Of a stretch of 64,000 bases of DNA, positions 8,295-17,245 are shown one piece after another (position 1 is the stretch's first letter; each line of letters begins with the position of its first letter). Source of the DNA: a virus. Under the pieces are notes generated by a model. It worked only from the letters and a program-made list of their open reading frames with translations. It did not search any database and was not told the DNA's origin. Location: positions 32,001-96,000 of IMG/VR virus record IMGVR_UViG_3300024983_000001; one strand, 5' to 3'. The position numbers were made by a program, and so were the translations under genes.

Positions 8295-10214
8295 TTAGTT
8301 GTTCTTTCTGTAACGCATGTACCACGAAACCAACAACTCGACCTGTTTCCGTGTATAACCTTTTTCAACCATACGGTCAACGAATGCATCGTGTTTGTTC
8401 TGCTCTTCTTTCGAACCTTTTGCGCTAAAGGACACAATAGGTAGCAGTTCTTCGGTGTTTGCAAACATCTTCTTCTCAATCACCTCACGAATCTTTTCGT
8501 ATGAAGTCCAATCAGGATTCTTGCCGTTGTTGTTAGCACGCTGACGAAGAGTGTAGTTGACAACCTCATTACGGAAATCTTTTGGATTTGCGATGCCAGC
8601 AGGTTTTTCAATCTTTTCCAGTTCAGCATTCAGGTTTTCACGATCATACATTTCACCAGTATCTTGGTCGCGGTATTCGGTGTTTTGAATCCAGTGATCT
8701 GCGTAAGTGATATAACGATCGAACAGATTCTGTCCATACTCACTGTACGATTCGAGATAAGCAGTCTGGATCTCTTTACCAATGAACTCACCAAACTTTG
8801 GTGCAAGAATCGTTTTGATGAAATCAATATACTTCTCTTCGGTTTCACCATTAAACTGTTCTTGTTCAATCTGCTTCTCCAAAACATACATCAGGTGTAC
8901 AGGGTTAGCAGCAACTTCGGTATTGTCGTAGTTAAACACCTTCGACAAAATTTTGTATGCAAATCGAGTCGACAGACCACTCATGCCTTCATCAACGCCT
9001 GCATCATCACGATATTCCTGAAGTGGCTTGGCTTTTGGATCGGTGTCTTTTAGATTTTCACCATCATACACACGCATTTTCGAGAAAATAAGCGAATTTT
9101 CAGGTTCCTTGAGTCGAGTCAGCACAGCAAACTGGGCCATCATCTCAAGAGTGCCAGGTGAGCACGGAGCATCAGCGAGCGAGCTGTTACGAAGAAGCTT
9201 TTCATAAATGTTGGTTTCTTCGGTCACGCGCAAGCAATAAGGTACCTTGACAATATAAACACGATCAAGGAAGGCCTCGTTGTTCTTGTTGTTGCGGAAC
9301 GACTGCCATTCAGACTCGTTGCTGTGTGCAAGAACAACACCACTGAACGGAATTGCAGCACCTTCTGTACCATTGAAGTTACCTTCTTGGGTAGCGGTTA
9401 GCAGCGGGTGCAACATTTTGATGGGAGCCTTAAACATTTCAACGAATTCGAGAATACCTTGGTTTGCCAAGCAAAGACCACCGCTGTAGCTGTATGCATC
9501 AGGATCATCTTGCGAATAATCTTCCAACTTACGAATGTCGACTTTACCAACAAGAGCGGAAATATCTTGGTTGTTCTCATCACCCGGTTCAGTTTTAGTA
9601 ATGCCAACTTGATTCAAACGAGACGGCCAAACTTTAACAACCTTGAATTTGGTGATATCTCCACCAAATTCACCAAGGCGTTTTGCAGCCCACGGAGACA
9701 TAACGTGATTGAGGTAGCGGTCAGGAATTCCATAGTCTCGTTCAAGAGATTTGCTGTGTTTTTCCTTACTAAACAAACCAAGCGGAGATTCGTGTACAGG
9801 AGAACCTTTAATGGCATAAAACGGAATCTGCTCCATCAACTCTTTAAGTTTTTCCGCAAGAGACGATTTGCTGGAGCCAACAGGACCCAACAGATACAGA
9901 ATTTGTTTCTTTTCTTCAAGACCTTGAGCAGCATGTTTAAAGTAGGCAACGATCTGTTCGATCACATTTTCAATACCATAAAATTCTTTAAAAGCAGGAT
10001 AACGCTTGATGACACGATTCATAAAGATTCGGCTCAACCGAGGATCGTGTTTCGTATCAATAGTTTCAGGCTCACCAATCGCCATCAACATACGTTCGCC
10101 GGCACTGGCGTATGCAGTTGGGTCTTCTTTGCAGAGGTCGAGATATTCCTGAATGGTCATCTCTTCGGGTTGATGAGATTTGTATTGCTCTTGGTACTCG
10201 GTAAAAATACTCAT
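8295..10214 (-). CDS. prkA: PrkA/YeaG AAA+ ATPase (annotated serine kinase)
   Basis: LLGPVGSSKS, PGDENNQDISALVGKVDIR, ANQGILEFVEMFKAP, HSNESEW, EAFLDR. Confidence 0.96.
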   Translation of the reverse strand: MSIFTEYQEQYKSHQPEEMTIQEYLDLCKEDPTAYASAGERMLMAIGEPETIDTKHDPRLSRIFMNRVIKRYPAFKEFYGIENVIEQIVAYFKHAAQGLEEKKQILYLLGPVGSSKSSLAEKLKELMEQIPFYAIKGSPVHESPLGLFSKEKHSKSLERDYGIPDRYLNHVMSPWAAKRLGEFGGDITKFKVVKVWPSRLNQVGITKTEPGDENNQDISALVGKVDIRKLEDYSQDDPDAYSYSGGLCLANQGILEFVEMFKAPIKMLHPLLTATQEGNFNGTEGAAIPFSGVVLAHSNESEWQSFRNNKNNEAFLDRVYIVKVPYCLRVTEETNIYEKLLRNSSLADAPCSPGTLEMMAQFAVLTRLKEPENSLIFSKMRVYDGENLKDTDPKAKPLQEYRDDAGVDEGMSGLSTRFAYKILSKVFNYDNTEVAANPVHLMYVLEKQIEQEQFNGETEEKYIDFIKTILAPKFGEFIGKEIQTAYLESYSEYGQNLFDRYITYADHWIQNTEYRDQDTGEMYDRENLNAELEKIEKPAGIANPKDFRNEVVNYTLRQRANNNGKNPDWTSYEKIREVIEKKMFANTEELLPIVSFSAKGSKEEQNKHDAFVDRMVEKGYTRKQVELLVSWYMRYRKNN

Positions 10215-10300
10215 TATTTACATCTCCTTTGATATTTGTTTTGAACTTCTGACATTAATCTTCTTACAATTTTAATAATACGTCAACCAATTTTACCAAA

Positions 10301-10585
10301 TCACTTTGTAAAATTGCTTACACTTCCTACAGAATATACTTTGGTAAAACCCATTTGTTCTGCGTAGTTTTCGAACTGGCGAAGATCAGAATCATCATCC
10401 GTTAATCCAAACAAAACAAGTGTATCAGTCGGTTTGTATTTTACACGAAGTGTTGATACATTGCGTAGCACAATATTAGCTGCCCCACCAACCGTACCCT
10501 TTGCGTAGTCAACTGGAGGACGAACATCAATTAGTTTTGCGCCCTTATCAATCAACTTTTGTGCTTTTTGTGCTGAAATTTTCAT
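10301..10585 (-). CDS. Rhodanese-like domain protein without the catalytic Cys
   Basis: LIDVR...Y..G.V.GA.NI and MGFTKVY.VG; no Cys in the protein. Confidence 0.8.
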   Translation of the reverse strand: MKISAQKAQKLIDKGAKLIDVRPPVDYAKGTVGGAANIVLRNVSTLRVKYKPTDTLVLFGLTDDDSDLRQFENYAEQMGFTKVYSVGSVSNFTK

Positions 10586-10607
10586 AATTTCCTCCATCGT
10601 TGTAAAA

Positions 10608-10883
10608 TCAACCAAATATTCTTGTTGCCACTTCCGAACAACCTACAATAAAACAATCGTGCGTATCCCAATATTCCGCTACTTCGTGTACATAAAAAAT
10701 ATACGACATTGTTCCAATAATACGACCAGTATTGGGGTCAAACGTCCTAAAATAGTCTCCTATACGCAAATCAACTACTCTACAACTCTTCCAGTTGAGT
10801 GAATCGTGTTTGACCATTTCCTCACCTTCGGGTTCGATTGTTTGGAAAATCTGATCCGTCCAGTCAGCAACCATCATATTCAT
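10608..10883 (-). CDS. Hypothetical protein
   Basis: Coupled by ATGA overlap to the upstream gene. Confidence 0.65.
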   Translation of the reverse strand: MNMMVADWTDQIFQTIEPEGEEMVKHDSLNWKSCRVVDLRIGDYFRTFDPNTGRIIGTMSYIFYVHEVAEYWDTHDCFIVGCSEVATRIFG

Positions 10884-11476
10884 TTTTTATCGAATCCTTG
10901 TTCTAGAATCTCTCGTTCACCCACCAAGTCTCTGTTGATAGCATTTTCGTTAGTGTATTTTTCTGGGTAGCGCTTCCGCAATTTTGCAATTACAGTATAT
11001 AACCCATCTTCGGGGTTAATTCCAAGCTCATCCCATGCAATTGCTTGATACCAAGCTGTGTCAAATGTTTCTTCGCCGAAATTAACGCGATCAACAGGTT
11101 CACCATTTCTTGTAGCGGAATCAATTGCTTGAAGCATCTCAACAGATTCAGTATACATACCAATTGCAGCATGGAACAAACGAGTGTTTTCAATGCCAAC
11201 ATCGCCTTTTTGACCTTCTTTTAACCAGTTGGGTGAGCCCGAACGTTGAACGACAGCAATATTGTACTGAATTTGCTCAATATACTTATTCCAAGCTTCA
11301 ACATTGATATCACGTTTGTAAAATACGGTTTTTTTAACAATATCCATCACTTCACCCAATGCGATAGCAGCATTCATGAGTGCCCAAAATTGTTCTTGGT
11401 TGAAGTTTATGGTAGGTACCACACTTTCTGTGCGGATGGCGTTTGGAACGAATTCGTTAAGAGTCATTGTTGTCAT
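10880..11476 (-). CDS. MazG-like NTP pyrophosphohydrolase
   Basis: GEVMDIVKKTVFY, ESVEMLQ, EETFDTAWY, KLRKRYPE. Confidence 0.8.
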   Translation of the reverse strand: MTTMTLNEFVPNAIRTESVVPTINFNQEQFWALMNAAIALGEVMDIVKKTVFYKRDINVEAWNKYIEQIQYNIAVVQRSGSPNWLKEGQKGDVGIENTRLFHAAIGMYTESVEMLQAIDSATRNGEPVDRVNFGEETFDTAWYQAIAWDELGINPEDGLYTVIAKLRKRYPEKYTNENAINRDLVGEREILEQGFDKK

Positions 11477-11532
11477 TATTATATCCTTTGTGTGTTATAT
11501 GTTATATGTTATATGAACAGACGAATGTTATT

Positions 11533-11561
11533 ATTGTATGGTATATCCTTCATAAAGTCAA
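11533..11561 (-). promoter_or_regulatory. Sigma70-type promoter (mazG-rhodanese-prkA run)
   Basis: TTGACT-17-TACAAT. Confidence 0.75.
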
Positions 11562-11573
11562 CACATAAAAACA

Positions 11574-11597
11574 AAAAGGAGACCGAAGTCTCCTTTT
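11574..11597 (-). terminator. Intrinsic terminator
   Basis: AAAAGGAGAC-CGAA-GTCTCCTTTT. Confidence 0.85.
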
Positions 11598-11614
11598 AAT
11601 AGTGCAAAGTGGTA

Positions 11615-12067
11615 TTAAAGTGTGCCGTAAGGAACGTAAGTACCAGTTGGTTGTGGAGTCGATGAAGCGTGTGGAGTCATCGAGATTGGAAGACCAAAAC
11701 CATCTTTAGGATTTACAACACCACCACAGAAATCGAGCTTGCCATCAGCAGGAGTCGTATCTACCGTTGGGGCAACAAAGTGTTGATCCATAGGCAAACC
11801 AAAACCTGTGTGGTTTGGATCAAATGTAGCTGCTGCAACAACTTCTGGCCAAGCTTCTGCAAGTGTATCACTAACAACATATGTGGTACCTGGATGAGCT
11901 GCAACGAAAGCTGCATCAACCGTATCACCTAATGCATAAGCAGCGCAACCAGGGTGAGCTGGAACAACTGCCACCACTGCAACTGGAGCAGGTTGTGTTC
12001 CTGCCGAACCACCAAATGGGGTAGGAACTGTTTCTGTTAAACCAAAACCATCTTTAAATGTAGCCAT
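11615..12067 (-). CDS. Pro/Ala/Thr-rich protein with three GFGL motifs
   Basis: KDGFGL, HTGFGL, KDGFGL; AAGGAG RBS; own terminator. Confidence 0.75.
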   Translation of the reverse strand: MATFKDGFGLTETVPTPFGGSAGTQPAPVAVVAVVPAHPGCAAYALGDTVDAAFVAAHPGTTYVVSDTLAEAWPEVVAAATFDPNHTGFGLPMDQHFVAPTVDTTPADGKLDFCGGVVNPKDGFGLPISMTPHASSTPQPTGTYVPYGTL

Positions 12068-12148
12068 TATAAATCTCCTTAAAATAGAAAACGGGTATGT
12101 CGTACTTCATAGAGAGTATTTGTGTAATTGGGTAATTTAAATGAACTT

Positions 12149-12499
12149 TTACATAGTAATGTATTGTGACTGCGCTTTTTTTGTTTGAAGCACGCCAATA
12201 CACTTACCTGTAATGAAACCATTAATCCAATCGGGTGATTTTTCTTTAAATGCAGTTGTCGCCATTATGGCTTCTGCAACCACCACATCGGGAATATTGG
12301 GGTATTTGGCTTTTAAAGAGCTTATAATTTCAGGTACTCCCTTACCACTATCTCGAAGATGTGCTGCAAAGGCAACAAACTCTCCATATTCAACACACAT
12401 CGTTGCTTCCTGGGGGGTAATTTTTGTGGAGTTGGGTTGTACAGCGAAAGTTGCTGTTGGTAGTATGACTAATAGTAAAACAGCAAATAGTTTTTTCAT
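12149..12499 (-). CDS. Secreted two-Cys protein
   Basis: Signal peptide; C...A..RD.G pattern also seen in 39100..39540. Confidence 0.7.
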   Translation of the reverse strand: MKKLFAVLLLVILPTATFAVQPNSTKITPQEATMCVEYGEFVAFAAHLRDSGKGVPEIISSLKAKYPNIPDVVVAEAIMATTAFKEKSPDWINGFITGKCIGVLQTKKAQSQYITM

Positions 12500-12580
12500 A
12501 ATTATTCTCCTGCGTGAGTGTGATATTCTTATATATTACTCAACCGAGAGACGATTTGCATTAATTAAGATACAAAACAA

Positions 12581-12606
12581 AAGGGGCCATTTAGCGGCCC
12601 CCTTTT
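12581..12606 (-). terminator. Intrinsic terminator
   Basis: AAAGGGGCC...GGCCCCTTTT. Confidence 0.75.
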
Positions 12607-13127
12607 TATACTAACGTTGCAGATAAGGTGTAATACAGATCAGATAACGTGGAATCGGCACTACCTGGCGCATCCAACGACAAAACATCGCCGGGGGCGA
12701 ACGACGTTGCAGAGGCAAATGTAAAGGTAGCTGTAGCACTTGCTGCCGCAAAATTTACTGTACCAATAGAAGATCCATTCTTCTTAATAGTGAAACTGCT
12801 TAAAGCGGTGGCTGCTGCATTAGCTTTGCAGAAACTACCCGTCAATCCCACAGGAAGCGTGAACGCTCTTGGGGCAACAAAACGAAGAATGGTGGCACCA
12901 GCGCCCGGCTTTCCAACCGTTCCGCTTGCAAGGTCATATATCTTGCTTCGTGTATCAGCAGTATTTGCTGTTGTTTGTGCAGTAGCAGCAGCAGTAACAG
13001 CAGTATTTGCTGTTGTTTGTGCTGTAGTAACCGAAACACCAATACCACCCGGTGTGCTATCTGCTGCAAGATTAACGGTAACGGATGGGGTATCCAAAAC
13101 GGTTGGATTAACTTTTGTGAGTGACAT
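12606..13127 (-). CDS. Virion fibre/appendage protein
   Basis: TAQTTANTA repeats; C-terminal domain paralogous to 36056..37126 and 38640..39023; late promoter 13160-13167. Confidence 0.75.
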   Translation of the reverse strand: MSLTKVNPTVLDTPSVTVNLAADSTPGGIGVSVTTAQTTANTAVTAAATAQTTANTADTRSKIYDLASGTVGKPGAGATILRFVAPRAFTLPVGLTGSFCKANAAATALSSFTIKKNGSSIGTVNFAAASATATFTFASATSFAPGDVLSLDAPGSADSTLSDLYYTLSATLV

Positions 13128-13167
13128 ATTACATTCTCCTAATTAACACTTTGTATCTATATTTATG

Positions 13168-13665
13168 TTATAGAGGGGTAATACCAAGTTTTTGTAGTTG
13201 GTTTAATGTTTTGGGCCAGGTGCGATGTAAAATGCCGATGCCTCCTTGTGCCTTCCATTGAGCGATATTGTCATTACGATCATCTATTAGAATAGCATTT
13301 GGCTCTGCATATCGTTGTTTATCTGCTGATCTGCACACAATTACAGGAACGTTTCTACCGAGATGTTCAGCACACCATAATTGTTTCTGTTGTGCTCCAT
13401 TTTCGGATGCTGGTAACCCTGTCAAAATCGTAGGATTCCAACCCTTAATGTAATTCCACAAATTTCTGCCTTCTGGGATCCAATCAAGAGTTTGAAAAAA
13501 GTTGGGAATGCTATAAATGGCATTCCACATATCCTTTTTGGACTGTTCATGGGGATATTTGCCTGTTAATTTCTTAACACCCCTTTCAAAATCAGCAAGA
13601 ACACCATCCAAGTCACAATATATTTTGTATTGTGAATTTTCAAACAACTCACGCAATTTCATCAC
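13168..13665 (-). CDS. HAD-family 5'(3')-deoxyribonucleotidase
   Basis: YCDLDGVLADF, ILTG, K..W, LIDDR..NI..W. Confidence 0.9.
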   Translation of the reverse strand: MMKLRELFENSQYKIYCDLDGVLADFERGVKKLTGKYPHEQSKKDMWNAIYSIPNFFQTLDWIPEGRNLWNYIKGWNPTILTGLPASENGAQQKQLWCAEHLGRNVPVIVCRSADKQRYAEPNAILIDDRNDNIAQWKAQGGIGILHRTWPKTLNQLQKLGITPL

Positions 13666-13943
13666 TTACTTCCTGCTTGCACTAACAACGCTTTGATTTC
13701 TTTTGCTCGTGCGCGAGTAGCACCTGTACCCAAATCTGCTGTTACTCCAACGCTATCTCCCACAACACGAATTTCGTATTTGGCTTTACGTTCTTCGATG
13801 ACGTAGACGAGTCTGTCATCTCCCGAAAGTTTATCATCATACACATAGAAATGTTTGTTGATGTATGTTTCTACTTTACGCGAAAATGTTTTAGGAGCCG
13901 AGGCCTCGGTAACCACCTTTTGCAGTATATCTTGTAATTTCAT
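13662..13943 (-). CDS. Hypothetical protein with MKLQDIL N-terminal tag
   Basis: Tight packing; shared N-terminal motif. Confidence 0.7.
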   Translation of the reverse strand: MKLQDILQKVVTEASAPKTFSRKVETYINKHFYVYDDKLSGDDRLVYVIEERKAKYEIRVVGDSVGVTADLGTGATRARAKEIKALLVQAGSK

Positions 13944-13944
13944 C

Positions 13945-14580
13945 TTAATTTCCTGTCCAACTTACAATAATTGCACCTGTTGTTCCTGGGCAACCGGAAT
14001 CGTCACCACAGTTAAAGTTATAACATCCGGTAGTGCCGCCGCCACCTGATCCATTTCCTGTTGGTAAAATTGATGTTGATGTACCACCAACACCATAAAT
14101 GTTTCCAGGGCCGCAGCCGCCGCCATGGCCGCCTGTACCATTTGTTCCTGGTTGGCCATTCGGAACACCACCAGGGCCGCCGGTCCCCCCTTCATATCTT
14201 ACAGATTTTCCTGGCCCACCGCCTGTTGATGTAAAGCCTGCAAATGTAGTGTCACCGCCCGTGCGGGCAGGATAATCTGTTCCAATTGGTCGGTAATGTC
14301 CACCTTCCCCACGTTTTCCAATAGTGTATGGAATTACTTGGCCGGGTGTTACACTAATTGTTTCAACACGCCAGCCACCACCTCCACCACCTGCTCCACC
14401 TGTACAACCATCCTGTTCACCTCCACCACCTCCACCTCCACCAATAATAGTTACTGTAATCGTGTATACGCCGGCAGGCACCGTAAAGGTGCTCGAATAA
14501 TCTACTGTTGGGGTGGGATTGGTTAAGTTAACCGAGCCTGGTAATACTTGTAGTTTGTACGGTTCGATGTATACTAGCAT
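13945..14580 (-). CDS. Glycine-rich virion/tail-associated protein
   Basis: FTVPAGV..I.V...GGGGGGG, V.PGQ...YTIG..G.GG, GAIIVSW. Confidence 0.8.
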   Translation of the reverse strand: MLVYIEPYKLQVLPGSVNLTNPTPTVDYSSTFTVPAGVYTITVTIIGGGGGGGGEQDGCTGGAGGGGGGWRVETISVTPGQVIPYTIGKRGEGGHYRPIGTDYPARTGGDTTFAGFTSTGGGPGKSVRYEGGTGGPGGVPNGQPGTNGTGGHGGGCGPGNIYGVGGTSTSILPTGNGSGGGGTTGCYNFNCGDDSGCPGTTGAIIVSWTGN

Positions 14581-14595
14581 AATTAATTCCTATTC

Positions 14596-15213
14596 TTATG
14601 TTAAGCTACTTGGTTTCCACGACACAATAGCCAAATTTTGCCCATAATACTGTGATACGGGACCAGCCGAAACACCCTGTGTAACATCAGCCGTCGGAAG
14701 CAGGTGTGCTCCATAATACGATGGGTTGCTGATTTGATAGTCAGCAACGAAAAGTGCTGATATATATGGTCCACCATTAAAAGTGCCGTATCCAGCAATG
14801 GCCAATCCCTTATCATATACAGGGATGGAAGTATTTAGTGATGGGTAGTGGGCTTGTGCGGTATTGTCAGGAGGGCCCAATAATTTATCGACCGCATATA
14901 CCCCAACTACCCCAGGGGCATATGGAGAATATCCACCAAAATTTGCTACTCCTGCCACATTATTGATATAAAAAATTGAAATATCCTGATCGTATTCTAG
15001 AGGTGTAATTGATCGTATAGCAAGTGTAGCGGGCACACCATTAACCGTCATGGTGTTAGTGCCGTGTTGTTGATATCCGTTAGTGAGCAATTCTGTTACT
15101 ATAATAAGCGACTTGTATCCCACCGGAACGGTGAGACCACTGCTGTTTCCCAGAAAAAGCAAACTCGGCGCAACTATCGTTTTTTGATATGGTGGCACAT
15201 AAACAAGTGGCAT
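14596..15213 (-). CDS. Beta-rich virion/tail-associated protein
   Basis: MPLVYVPPY start resembles neighbour; Tyr/Gly/Ser/Val-rich. Confidence 0.65.
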   Translation of the reverse strand: MPLVYVPPYQKTIVAPSLLFLGNSSGLTVPVGYKSLIIVTELLTNGYQQHGTNTMTVNGVPATLAIRSITPLEYDQDISIFYINNVAGVANFGGYSPYAPGVVGVYAVDKLLGPPDNTAQAHYPSLNTSIPVYDKGLAIAGYGTFNGGPYISALFVADYQISNPSYYGAHLLPTADVTQGVSAGPVSQYYGQNLAIVSWKPSSLT

Positions 15214-15221
15214 ATGTGCTC

Positions 15222-15620
15222 CTATTTCAACAATTCGACGTTGGTGTGTATGGTTATTGGATCAACTTTTGTATAACCCGATTGTACCAAGGATTTTGAT
15301 TGTACTGGCTTCCTTCCAAGTGACCTATCAAGTGACCACGTAATGTGATAAATACTACCGTCCGGCCTTTGTATTCTTCCGTTTACTTCAACTACAAGTG
15401 CTTCCAACCCCTTACCATCGTCCGCATATCCAACAACTTTAATACTTTTTGCATTTGCTGGTAATTGGACATCTGGGGAAACGCCAAAATTTAGAGTTAT
15501 GTGATGACCAACAAACTCTGGATATTTAGGTGGGAATTTTTCCGCAAGTAGTTTTCTCGACTTTTTGTCAAGCACATATGCAATATACATTTCGTTTAGT
15601 AAAAATCCTATAAAGTTCAT
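15222..15620 (-). CDS. 2H phosphoesterase
   Basis: Two HxT motifs: GHHITLNF and YHITWS. Confidence 0.85.
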   Translation of the reverse strand: MNFIGFLLNEMYIAYVLDKKSRKLLAEKFPPKYPEFVGHHITLNFGVSPDVQLPANAKSIKVVGYADDGKGLEALVVEVNGRIQRPDGSIYHITWSLDRSLGRKPVQSKSLVQSGYTKVDPITIHTNVELLK

Positions 15621-16882
15621 TTTGATAATTGCTTAATTTGTTCTTCTGCAGTATCTATGTTACTTTCCAAATCATGTATAACACACTCATCAAGATTTGG
15701 GGACTTTTTTGCGGCAGATAATTTTACTTTCATTGCTGCAATTTTTGCTTTCAGTTTCTTGATCTCTTCTGTGTTTTCTTTAGTTTCTACACCTTCATGA
15801 TAAGAACTGCGGCGACCCGAACTTTGTTTTTCATGCCAATCGTCGGACGCTGTTCTATCAGCAGTTCCTTCTCTATAACCTAAGTTATAGTATGCTGCGT
15901 TATCATACCCAAACGATTTGACGGGATCAATTTTATCAACACCTGACACACCATGCGACTTTCCCATTTTGTATGCAGCGCGTTGTCCACCGTTCATCTC
16001 CATTAGCTCATCTTCTTTAACAATCTTAAAATCAGCACGTTTGCGTTCGGCTTTAAGATCACGAAGCTTTTTATTAAGTGGGTCAGTTTCTGGAACAGTA
16101 CCACCTTTGCGCCAAATATCGTGTATTTTTAATTCCACAGCATTGATATCTTGATTAATTTCTTTTTTAGAACGACCTGCTTCCGTTACTACATTATACC
16201 CTTCATTGTGGGAGATTGCATAACCTTCCACATATTCGGCTCCATGTACTTTGTAACCTTTGTTTTTAAAATGTTTTTTGGCTTTTTCAACAGCATCAGC
16301 TTTATCACCTTTCACCCTAACAAACTTCTGCACTTGTTCCTTGCGTTTGGTAACTGCTGGATGATCAGGTTCGGATACAGTAACGGCAACACGATGATAT
16401 GGAGCATCAGCCTCCGCAACAACACCTTCAATAATGTGAGCATCAACATAATCATTTACAGCTTTTGTTGCTGCCTTATGGTCCATATTATGCATGCGTC
16501 CAAGTTGAGTAGCGGCATGACCAACTTTGTTAGCAAACCATTCAGCCCCACCACGTTTGTTATACTCAGCAATGTGCTTATCCAACAGATTTTTAATATC
16601 TGCAGTAATACTCCCTGCTGATTCATGAAGCATACCAGGCATTTTTGATTGGGATAGATTATCAAAGTGTCCCTTATCATTGCCTTCACTATCCTTTGCT
16701 GTCCAATAGTTATTATCGGAACCATCTTTTGGATGAACGGCTGAACGAACAACAAATCCTCTATCTTTAGCGGCAGCTTTCCAATCCGATAAACTGCTAT
16801 ATTTGCCACCAATAGCTTCATCAAGACGAGTTACTTTATATTTTGGATGAGGTAACATTGATTCTAAAACTTTTTTTAACAT
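15617..16882 (-). CDS. Modular internal head (ejected) protein
   Basis: Charged modules separated by (L/I/V)xE-A/S/G sites. Confidence 0.65.
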   Translation of the reverse strand: MLKKVLESMLPHPKYKVTRLDEAIGGKYSSLSDWKAAAKDRGFVVRSAVHPKDGSDNNYWTAKDSEGNDKGHFDNLSQSKMPGMLHESAGSITADIKNLLDKHIAEYNKRGGAEWFANKVGHAATQLGRMHNMDHKAATKAVNDYVDAHIIEGVVAEADAPYHRVAVTVSEPDHPAVTKRKEQVQKFVRVKGDKADAVEKAKKHFKNKGYKVHGAEYVEGYAISHNEGYNVVTEAGRSKKEINQDINAVELKIHDIWRKGGTVPETDPLNKKLRDLKAERKRADFKIVKEDELMEMNGGQRAAYKMGKSHGVSGVDKIDPVKSFGYDNAAYYNLGYREGTADRTASDDWHEKQSSGRRSSYHEGVETKENTEEIKKLKAKIAAMKVKLSAAKKSPNLDECVIHDLESNIDTAEEQIKQLSK

Positions 16883-16883
16883 A

Positions 16884-17243
16884 TTATTCTCCGGATGGAA
16901 GCGAATTTTGCAATCTCGTGCTTGCGTTTAAACGCTTATCGATTGAATCGAGTTCACGCTTATAACGCTCTATTAGAGCTTTATCAAGTTGTGTTTTTTG
17001 TTCTTTAAATTCTAACGCAAACAAGTTGTCTTCAATTTGTTTCTTGCGCAACCCGTCAATCATAAGACGTTGCTCAACACGCAGTTGTTTCAGTTGCGTA
17101 GTTTGATTAAGTTGTTCTTTATTAAAGTCATCAGCATGAACATACCTACCATCTATTGCAAACGCAGTCGTGATAATGACTGCGAGAGCTGAAATAGTAG
17201 ATACTCCAATTTTAACAGGATTGTTCTTGATGATGTCCATCAT
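16884..17243 (-). CDS. Single-TM coiled-coil protein
   Basis: N-terminal TM, IDGRYVHA, coiled coil. Confidence 0.7.
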   Translation of the reverse strand: MMDIIKNNPVKIGVSTISALAVIITTAFAIDGRYVHADDFNKEQLNQTTQLKQLRVEQRLMIDGLRKKQIEDNLFALEFKEQKTQLDKALIERYKRELDSIDKRLNASTRLQNSLPSGE

Positions 17244-17245
17244 TC

